Positions 53,756-64,000 of a stretch of 64,000 nucleotides of DNA are shown one piece after another. The notes under the pieces were generated by a model. The model saw only the letters and a list, made by a program, of their open reading frames with translations, was not told the DNA's origin and did not search any database. Position numbers and translations under genes: made by a program. Position 1 is the stretch's first letter. Every line of letters starts with the position of its first letter. The DNA is from Strigamia acuminata (taxonomy: Eukaryota): NCBI GenBank assembly GCA_949358305.1, contig OX442314.1:20274001-20338000 (forward strand), in the 5' to 3' direction.

Positions 53756-56700
53756 TCATTCAATCGTATCCTGGAATCTTGACCGTAGTTTCAGCAGCTC
53801 ACTTTTTAGAATACTGGTTTGTCTTAGTCTCTGAAACACATATCACAAGAAAGTGAGTGAATTTAATCATTTCGTAATTCATATGTTCATATTCAGTTTA
53901 CGGTACATTAGTTTCTTCTTCTTTTATTCTATCCAATAAAACATTCTTCACAACTTGAACTGATTCTGCTAGTTTTCTTATACTGGTTTGTGTCTAAAGC
54001 AACGATTCATGTTTGCAACGAGTAAATTAAATTCAAACAAAACAGGATTTACCTTATCAATTTGATCTTGAACTTTCTTCGTCTAAAAGAGTCATAATAA
54101 CGTAAGTGAACGGATACTTGCTTATTTGGATTTGAATTCTTACAGTATTTTTGTTACCAGATCCTCTGTAAAAGCAAAATAATTCCCAATTAGGCACTTC
54201 CACAAAGATTTATTTCTGAGAAAGCATTTTTTCTACCTGTCTATTCTTTCTATACGGGATTCCAGATCGGATACCTTGAAATTAAAAAGAAATTAAAAAA
54301 AACACCATAACCCTAAAGAGAAAACCACGTACGTCTCTAGGCAAACGACGAAGATCAGTTTGCACTTCTTCAATCTGCTTTTGGAGCCGCTCTTGTGAAA
54401 ATGTCAACGTTTCTATCTTAGGTTTGATCTGCAAACGTAAACACTGCAGTTAACTCGTGTAAAACATTTGATTGACAAGTACTAGTAAAAAATACAGTAT
54501 ATTGATTTATTAAAATTGCTGCGTACCAGTACAAATCAATCATTTGTGAAGTTTAAGATCACAATCGTACCTCGGTAACGTTGCCACTCGAATCTTTCTT
54601 GACAGTACTGACTGTGTCGAGCAGTGAAGCCAAACCTGACTTCACTTTGTCTTCACTCTCTTCTAATCTTCTATAAATTTCTCTTTCTGACTTTTTCCTA
54701 CAAATAGTAACAAGTGCCCGAGTCGATAGTTAAATCAAAATTTAAATTTTTTTTGTTGGTACACTATTTTCGCTTACTTTCACACTAAATACTGTATTAC
54801 TTCAGTTAAAAATTAACCTGAATGTATTTAATTAATTACCTTTTATCGTCATTGTTTAAAGAATAGGCTACGTAAAAAACTGAATCACACACTTACTTTT
54901 TTAAAAACTATTTTCACTTATTATCTACACTATTTTATACTATAAGTTTTTCAGACGTTTGCCTCATGTACCATACAGTACCACTACCGGTAGTACACGG
55001 ATATACTTGATCAATATTTACCAAAATATGTGTAAGCACATTAAGGATTTTGCGGTTAGTAAGAATAGTGCCACTTGAAGCAAAACTGGTGCAATGATGC
55101 AATTGTGTACGGTACATTCCATTTTTTAGTGTGCACACAAAATAAAATTGTGTATAAAAAATAGCGTGGAATTCAGTTAACGTAAGATTTAGTAAAAATA
55201 GTATAGGAATTAGATAAGATGGTGTACGATTCAGTTTTGTTACCGGTAATGTACGTTTAAGTTAAAATAGTGTGTCAACATTTACCTAGCTTTACTTTCG
55301 GCTCCAACTACGTGTTCCGAATGTTCTCGAACATGCTGAATCGACTGATCGAGTAAATTAGTCGCCTTATAAAGTTCTCGGATCTTTACATCAACGTCCT
55401 TAGTTTGACCCTTTAAAACAGAATTATTTCTTACGAGTCGAAGAATAAGACATTTATAAGCTATTTCCTTACGTCTAATTTGCTAATCACCGCGGTAACA
55501 TCGTCGCCTAATTTCTTTTTACTAGAATGAATTTTTCTTTCCAATTCATCTCGCAGACTTCGATCATGCAGTTTGTTTTCTCGATCAGCAGCAATTTGCT
55601 GCAAAATTACGAGTCAAACTGGTTGTAGGTTATAGGCAAACGAGCAAACGCTACAACTTTTTCAAGTAAATAAAAACTACTTACCCTTTCTAGGTTATAA
55701 AACTTTTCATCTAGTTCTTGTTTGAGCTTTGACTGCACCGTAGTTACATTATTTGTCACCACACCGAGAGTTTGGTCAATTTTGTTCTGGATTTTATAGC
55801 GATCAGCATCAGTGTGAGATGTGAATTCTCTTTGACGATTCTCTAAAAGTCGAATCATTTCTTCTCGCTTTCGATCCTGCTGGGTATAAAGATGAGTCAA
55901 TTCGCTTATCCTAAACACAATAATATCATATCATAATTCAGAATTATTTGCCCAAAATTCCAAAGTACTCGCCTACTAGAAAGCGATTGTTCAGCAGCAC
56001 TGCGCACTTTCGACTCGTGATCCACTTGTCTTTTGAGCTCCAAACACAGATGATTTAGTTCAGTCACTCTGTAGATGGAAAAAATTGATAAAATATTGCT
56101 GCAGCAGTTGAATAGAGGATTTGTGTGATAATACCTGTACAAACTTTGCTCCTTTTTGTTGATCAAATCTTGCTGCGAGGAAGTCACTGCTCTCTCAACG
56201 CCCCGTGTATGGTTGACTAATTGTGCCAACGCACTTTTAGTTACATCAACTTCATGGTCCGCTCTTCTGTTTCTTTCTTCCAACTCTTTTAATTTTTGTT
56301 GCAATATTTCGTTCGTCTTTTCAACACGATTCAAAGTTTGTTTTTCTGTTTCGAGAAGCTGTTCCGTTCTTGTCGTATAGGCTTTGTAGTCGTTCTAAAA
56401 ATAATAGAATTTATTAGAATTTATTAATAGATTTTCACATTCGATATATTAGCAAAAATGTGACATTGTTAGATTTAAATACCGGATACACATATACAAA
56501 ATATAACAAAATGTAACAAAATATAAATCTTTCGCTGGATTGCATGATCAATCAAACCATTAATGTCATGTTAATGTGATATTAATGTAATATTAATGGC
56601 GTTAGATGTACTTTGTGAAAATTATAGTCTGTTAAAACTCTTACCTGTAATCGGGCGAGTTCCTGCAACAGCGCACGATTTGACTGTTCCGTTTGATTGA

Positions 56701-56815
56701 CCCTTAATTCCAACTCCCTCATTCTTTGATGTCCCAAAAAACCATCTTCGGCACTAAGAATTCCAGGCATTGTAATTGCTTGTTTTGAATTAGGATTATG
56801 AACTGCATGGAGCAT
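53756..56815 (-). CDS. Long coiled-coil protein, CCDC154-like; many exons
   Basis: RELELRVNQTEQSNRALLQELARLQ; LVNHTRGVERAVTSSQQDL; C-terminal IRKLAESVQVVKNVLLDRI...FQDTIE*. The gene itself is clear; the family call rests on recalled similarity plus adjacency to PERCC1. Confidence 0.65.
54869..55248. mobile_element. MITE-like element in an intron of the coiled-coil gene
   Basis: Imperfect TIRs TACGTAAAAAACTGAATCACACAC ... GTGTACGATTCAGTTTTGTTACCGGTA, TA-bounded; accounts for an unusually long intron. Confidence 0.55.
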
Positions 56816-57840
56816 AACTTCCTATAAAGCAATACAAAAGTTCATAGTTTTTTACTAGCGTAATTAAAAACAACGAGGTTAACCGATATGAACTTTCATA
56901 CAGGAGACTAAACTCCTTTACACAAGATTAACAACTAGAGCAACAAATATTTTAACATTTTCTATTAATATATTAACATTTAAAGTCGCTATAGAATATT
57001 TGTGGTACAGTAATTAGATAATTTCAAACCTGTTGAATTGCGGACAGTGGTATCAACTTATTTTTTGCACCTATTTTTCACGACATTTGCTATTGAAATA
57101 AACTTAAATGCAGCAAAGGGAAAAATTATCGTACTTGTAAACTTGAAAATCAATTAGTTTGTTGTGACAACGTCAGTACACTGTGTCAAATTAATTGATT
57201 TTTACAGCTGCAGCCATTTCTTGTCGCTGTTTACGTTTTTCTTCCAAATCAATAGTAGTATTCATTTAGAATTAAGTGCAAATGTAGATTGAAAAAACAA
57301 GATAAATGAAATAATGTTTATTGGTTTCTAAGACTTTCCGTATTAATTTAATATAAATTTATAATATAAGTTTTAAAAAATGGCAATTTTGTTCATAATT
57401 CAATATTTCGCCCGTGAAATTACTCTTATATTTGACTGGTAATGAGATGAATGCGTCAATAATTTGAGGTAATTTTACCGCAAAAAAGACACGGGTGGTT
57501 TTTATTTCAATGTTTGTTTTGCTTTGAGATCTGCAAACTGATACCATGTACCAATAAGTGACACTCGTACATATAGCAACCGTTGCCACTACAAACAGAC
57601 CAATGCACAATTTTCTCTGAAAAATATTTAATTATTCATCGGATATTATTTGCTTTTTTGAGATTTTTGAGCCATTGCGATAGGTTAAATAATAAATAAT
57701 AATAATACTATTTTTCTAAGAAAATGTAATATCATTTATTGAGCAGTTTTGTCCATTATTTAATAATTCAAATAAATACCATTTAAAAGAAATATAAAAC
57801 ATCTTAAAATCAAACTTTATTTACTGTACCTAACACTTTG

Positions 57841-59433
57841 TCACTTTAAATTCGGAATATCCACGCAAGGCAATGCGAAAAACGAAACTTCACCTCCGCT
57901 TACAACGGCATAATGAATCGGAATAGAGTCATTAAACTGAGTTTGTAACGAAATTAATTGATTTAAATTGGGCACTGGGTTCCGAACACTAAACAAGAAA
58001 ATATAAATTACAAATTTGCTAAACTTTCAAATTATTAAACATCCTCATAACTTACTTAGTAACTATCAAACGATGATTTGGCAACATTGAACCGTTTTTT
58101 GTAAACGTTTCAGTCGGTAAATAAACGTCGTACGATATTTTAGGAAGAGTCAGACCCCACGGTACACTATGCACAGCCGCGTGGAGTTTGACGTTGTAAC
58201 ATAGTTTGCTTAACGGAGTCATTGGGTAATTTGTTACATTCTTCATTTCATCCTTGAATTCGGACCAACAGCGACTTCGCGTGTGGTTACAATTAAATAG
58301 TTTAGGATATTCCTCATCCTCCTTCTTCTTTTTGTAAATGTTATTGCGTTGATTACTTTTCTTCGAATAAGAAGGCACACTGTTTTGAATCGCAAACAGA
58401 TTTACTGAACACATGGATTCAGTTATCGCAACATTTGGCGGTAATAAATCGCTAGATGGAACTGGTAGTTTAAATTTCCACTTTGCGGCACAATTAGGGA
58501 AAGCTAAGTCGGAGAAATCTCTTATATGGTTCGATGTCGAGGCTTCACCGTCCAAACTACCTTTAGCTTCGGATTGATCATCAGAAGACTGTTTTCTTTT
58601 CTTCTCAGCTACTTCGATTTCTATAAAATTCGAATGTCAAATAATTAATCGATCATAACTATCCATAGTAAAATTTAAAAAATGAACCTAAATCTTCGCC
58701 GATGCCTCGTTTTGATGCCGTAACTTCTTCATTTTCGGGGTTTGTAGGTTTTCGGTGCCTTATAACTGCATATCCCAGTCGAGTTAAGTGTGAAAAAGTT
58801 TGAAATTCTTCTAAACTGCAATCTTGCGTGTCCAAATAAATTGCATGGGCTTCTTCTATACTGATCGGTATATTATTATGCCGTACTTCAAGCTGACTCT
58901 GAAAACAAATTCATCACTAATTGATTGATTGATTGATTGATTTTATTTTAATCATTTTAATTACCGCTTCCAAAAGAAACACAACTTCTTCGGCGTTTAG
59001 AAATTTTCTTTTTCCGATGTTATAGCCCATAGTTAGCCAAAATCTTCCTTTGTGCGTGATCAATTCTGTTGTTTTATCTTGGTCGTCATAAATTGCGGTT
59101 GAAAGTTCACCGCTATAAAATTAATAAGAAAATACATTGAAAATTGAATTATGCACTGGCTCATAAATAGTAGTAATAAGAATTTCAGTTTGTACAGTTT
59201 TTGCACTCTTTCTTCTCTCAAAACGTCATTGCATTTCTGATAAAAAGCTTCAATTTTTGAATTTTCACTTATAACTTTCGTTTCGTTTACGGAGGTATTT
59301 TTACCAGCACTTCGGCGATTTTCAATCAACTCGGCACCACTACAATAAAAGATAAAATATGATATTAAACAAAACGTTTTTTACAAAAATATACGAACCC
59401 ATACCTCAGAATTTTAGATTGATGTTTTGACAT
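57841..59433 (-). CDS. TSEN54: tRNA-splicing endonuclease subunit Sen54
   Basis: KILSGAEL; VLREERV; KGRFWLTMG...FLNAEEVVFLLE; FQTFSHLTRLGYAV; ISYDVYLP..TFTK; IHYAVVSGGEVSFF. Confidence 0.88.
58921..58942. repeat. (TTGA)n microsatellite in a TSEN54 intron
   Basis: TTGATTGATTGATTGATTGATT. Confidence 0.8.
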
Positions 59434-59759
59434 TTTAAAAAATTTTTAAACAAAAATTATCAACGTGATATTAGCTCATTTCTTTAAAAAATGGCAGTCG
59501 TTTGCAAATCTATATCTAGTTCATTTGTGAATACAGAAACATCAAGGATTCCCGTTCATGATCCAATAAAAATGCTTCTATCCTTCAAACCTATCATAGA
59601 AAACCAACCGACATTTAACCAATGAAGGAGTTTTTAGCTTCGTACATATGACGTATGACACAATTGCGTAATGTAACTACCGGTATGTCATATGATTAAC
59701 ATCAAACTCACATTTTCATTCTCACTTTTCTATTTACCTGCGAGTTTCTCCCGCTGACA

Positions 59760-61897
59760 ATGAATTTCGGAAGTAAATTATTGTTTGCCTTGTGTTGTTT
59801 GCACGTAACATCACTGATTGAAACCGAAGGTATATTAATGAATGCATAATAATTGCACGTTATTAATGTAAACAATCGGATATTTTAATATTTTTCAGGT
59901 AAAAAGATAAAAGCCGGTAAAGAAACGTGGGGATATGTAAATATACGAGAAAATGCCAACACATTTTGGTGGTTGTACTACTCAACAACCAATGGAACCT
60001 ATACGGATGATCCTTTAGTTTTGTGGTTGCAGGTTGTATTTATATGTTATAAAATTTTTATTTTTTTCTAAAAACATTTTAATTTCAGGGCGGTCCAGGT
60101 GCATCATCAACCGGCTATGGCAACTTCATGGAGATTGGACCATTAACGGTCGACTTACAACCGCGGAATAAAACTACTTGGGTTAAGTTATACATTTCTT
60201 TTAATAATATATAAAATTAAATTAAATTTTTAAAAAAATCCTATTAAAAATTGTCTACAGGTGGACAGCGCTAATGTCCTATTTGTCGATAATCCTGTAG
60301 GAACTGGCTTTTCCTACGTTACGAACACTACAGCTTACGCAACAAATAATTCGCAAATTGCCAACGACTTGTTCCTTTTTCTTGCTGGATTTTTGAAAAA
60401 GTTGCCGGAATTTCAAGTACACAAAAAAAATAATAAAAAAATTCTAATTTCTTAAATCTTAAAATTTTTGTTAAACAAAACAGAAAGTTCCACTTTTTAT
60501 ATTTTCCGAATCTTACGGTGGTAAAATGGCTGCAGGATTTGCCAAAAAGTTACAAGCAGAAATAAAAAAAGGTTCGATAATATGTAATTTCAAAGGCGTT
60601 GCGTTGGGAGATTCGTGGATTTCGCCAGTTGATAGCATTCTAAGTTGGGGACCATATTTATACAGCACCGTAAGTAATATTTTTTTTTAGTTTCTTTTCA
60701 ATAATCGATGTAATTTTATGTGTTGTTTAATTATTCTAGTCGTTACTGGATATTAAAGGATTATCTAAAGTAAATTCAGCGGCCAATCTAACCAAACAGG
60801 CGGTTGATTCAGGTGACTTTAAGAAGGCAACCGAATTATTTCAGTCATTAGAGCAGATAGTAATGGAGGTAGTTCACTTATTTTATTTTATTGAAAAAAA
60901 TAACATCTGTTTCACATCTGTGAACAACTTGATTAATTTTTGAAAAAGTGAAAAGATACAATTATATATTTTATGATTCTATTTTTTTTGTTTTTGTAAT
61001 TCTATTTCAAGGAAACAAATGGTGTTAATTTCTATAACATCCTTAAAAAAGATGAAACACAATTAGCAACAAAAACCTACAAGTTCAAAGACGAGTTCCT
61101 AAGTAATCATTTAATAACACTCATGTAATCAAATATTTTATTTCACATTCTTTTCATTCTTCAGGTAAAATGTACAAGTTGCACGTTTTGCCATTTCAAG
61201 GAGATAAACTAGAAAAACTAATGAATGGAAAAATTAGAGAAAAACTGCGGACTATTCCAAAAAATGTTACATGGAGTGGTCAATCTAGTCAAGTGTTTGA
61301 AGCATTAGCCGGAGACTTTATGGTTCCTGTTGTCAATACTGGTACAAATACAATAAATGAAATGATAAAAAATATATTTTGATTTAAATATATTTTTTAA
61401 AAATAGTTGAGGAGTTACTGAATACGACTAGATTATCAGTTGTCGTGTATACTGGCCAGTTGGACCTCATCGTGGATACAATTGGTAAAATCAATTATTT
61501 ACCCGTTATTATGTGCGCATAGATAGAGATTTTTCAGTTTGATACTGGACGCAGACGGTAATATTTTGGAGATTTTCCATCGTTATGTGGTTTGTTTCAA
61601 TTTCAGGTACCAGTGCGTGGCTACAGAGAATGAAATGGTTGGGAATAAAACCATTTAACGATGTATCACGGTCACCCATTGCAATTCCTGGAGATAACAC
61701 TGCAGGATTTGTGAAAACATTTAAAAATTTGGCCATGTATTGGATCTTAAAAGCTGGCCATATGGTAATTCTAAATTTTAAATTAAATTTAAAAAAAAAA
61801 GAAAAATAAAAAATTCTGCTTTCAGGTTCCAGCAGATGCTGGTGAAACAGCGCTCAAGATGCTCAATATGATTACCAAAGGAAAAAATAAGCCATGA
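59760..61897 (+). CDS. SCPEP1: Retinoid-inducible serine carboxypeptidase (S10 family)
   Basis: Signal peptide; WGYVNIRENANTFWWLY; WLQGGPGASSTGYGNFMEIGP; FVDNPVGTGFSY; SESYGGK; GQLDLIVD; WILKAGHMVPAD. Confidence 0.93.
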
Positions 61898-64000
61898 GAA
61901 GTATTTATAAACAGATTTCAGTTTTAATTGACTGATAAGAATTGCCAAAGTTAAACATCGATACTATTTAAAATAATTCTACTTAGACAAATTAGCGTAT
62001 TTTACAATTTGTGAATACTTCACTTAAATATATATTATATATATATATTACAAATGTTATGTATTACAAATATAATTAAATTAATATTTTTTAAGATAGT
62101 GTAATGTATTTTTTTACCTTCATTCTGCTCCTGTAATGAGGATAAGTAAATACAAGCATTTCTTCTCCTGCAATGAAGTCAACTACAAAAACAAACTCCA
62201 TCATGGCCAAAAAATAAAATAAAAAAAAACATGGTTACTTAGTAAGAACAAAAGTTAACCAAATTTGAATGCTTTCCATTATATTTCACAAATATTTTCG
62301 CCAAACTTCCACACTCAGGTTAGAAGTTGGGGACGAATATAGATTCGTCCAACAACATTAGAAAATGCTGTGAAAAAGTATAAAATAAAAAAGGGAATAA
62401 CAACAACACCCACTTGGATTTGTGTGTGAATTTTTTCCCAAAACTCAAAACATTTCCTTGATGTAGTTTCACACGTTGTGCCTGCGAAAAATCGCAGTGT
62501 CAACAAATTTCCGAGCAAAATTACAATATATAATAAATGTGTTAAAAAATTAACCCATAATTCGATAATTTCACTGGATTAATTTTTTTTTCTCTACACG
62601 ATACTTGAAAACCGATTACGATTGGTGAGAAAATTTCGTTTCTACTTGATTAATATTTGTCTCAATTCGTACACCAATTGCGTGTATTAGTAGAATTCGA
62701 TACACAAATATTTTCTCTCATATAGTTTGTTATTTCAATTTATTTTGCTAAGAAAATTCGTGGGAAAAAAATTAAAAACATTTTTACAACACGTTTCAGA
62801 GTTTTGCATTTGGTGTATGAACTGTTCCAGTCAATCGTAAACCTACAAAGAAAAATAAACTCAAATTGTAATTCAAACTTCAAACCAATCATAATGTAAG
62901 TTTCTAAATAAGATGATCAAATGGTTAAAAATTAAAATTAAATTTTTATCTGCAAAATTCATCAATCCGAGCAGTATAATAATAAAATAAACCTCATGAT
63001 CACCTTAAGTATCAATAAACAATTTATTCCACGTTTAACAAAGCATAAAGAAGAAAAAAATCAAACACTTTTATTAGTCATAAAACGTTTTCTTGTATTT
63101 CAATATTACAATGAGAAATTTCCAATACATACCTTTTGTTTTATTTTTGTACTTAAATCCCTCTTTTTTTGGCTCAAAAACAATTCACACTTAATTCTCT
63201 TTCTAATTTGTTTTTCTCGTAACTTAAACTTTACATTCACTTCCTACCTGTTTCACTATCAACAGGTTGGCATTAAGTGAAATATTTGCTGAACTTCATT
63301 TTTTTAAAAGGAAAGAAAAAAATAAAAATAAAAGCAAAAATAAAAATAAAAATAAAATAAAAATTATACACAACTTTTCACATTTCCACTCATTTTACAA
63401 ATTCACTACAATTAAATACTGAGATAAAGGGAAAAGTGTAGTTGAAGAAAAGGTAGAAAACAATCATTCAGCAAACCTACCTGGCTCATCAATTTAAAGG
63501 GAGCAGCTATTCTTAAAAAAAGATATTAATTTTGCATACAACGAACGTTACTACTAAAGTACTAATATCGTATCTTTTTTTTCTCGAAACCAAAATTTTA
63601 AACTCACATTTTGGAATAAAATATATTTGACAATCTACGATGTCTCCTACCTTTAAGAATATGAGAGGCCATTAAAGGATCATTCTTTTAAGACACCATG
63701 CACTGCTTTCTACACATTTCGGCCCGAAATCTCTTCTTGTTTTATTCAAAATGCCTGGCTAACGTTTAACCTTTAAATCAAAATCCCGTATAAACATTAA
63801 AATTGCATCTGCACATCAACCATTGCAAAAAAAACATTCTAAAATTAAATTTCCAATTCGAGCCGCCAAATATGTTGCAAGGAATGCATAGTGCGAACAA
63901 TACCTTACACAAACAGGAAAGGTTGCCAGAACCTGTGTATGGATCTTTATGCATTTAAATTATTTCAATAACAGACAAAATTTAACAATTATTTTCATCG

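Noticed and set aside
57359..57675. Small TM-like ORF between the coiled-coil gene and TSEN54
   Set aside because: No in-frame ATG; it would need a ~37-nt GC-AG intron that changes frame. More likely UTR.
61900..64000. Short ORFs in the terminal AT-rich region
   Set aside because: Low-complexity; probably the long 3' UTR of a minus-strand gene outside the window, or intergenic.

Overview
Gene-dense, AT-rich eukaryotic nuclear DNA with mostly ~50-70 nt introns. It is very likely from an arthropod (JHBP/takeout-family gene, DRE motifs), and probably not a fly; a myriapod-like lineage is only a guess. About 20 spliced protein-coding genes can be assembled by hand, in order: BAZ1B/WSTF (3' end outside the window), SGF29, NDUFB6, an orphan multi-pass membrane protein, a galaxin/usherin-like di-cysteine-repeat protein, a JHBP-family protein, glyoxalase II (HAGH), PDPK1, KCTD2/5/17 (insomniac), ATP5PD, EVG1/C22orf23, BLM, STUB1, a catalytically degenerate second glyoxalase II, KATNIP, two tandem COX6B genes, PERCC1-like, CCDC154-like, TSEN54 and SCPEP1. 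There are also several MITE-like elements and two U12-type introns. Most notable are the pseudo-enzyme glyoxalase II paralog, the PERCC1-CCDC154 and PDPK1-KCTD-ATP5PD neighbourhoods that mirror human 16p13.3/17q25, candidate RFX X-boxes in front of several ciliary/testis-type genes, a putative acylation leader in PDK1, and an unexplained structured segment at ~10.8-11.0 kb. No prokaryotic-type system (CRISPR, operon, phage) is present. All exon structures and homology calls were made by eye, without database searches.
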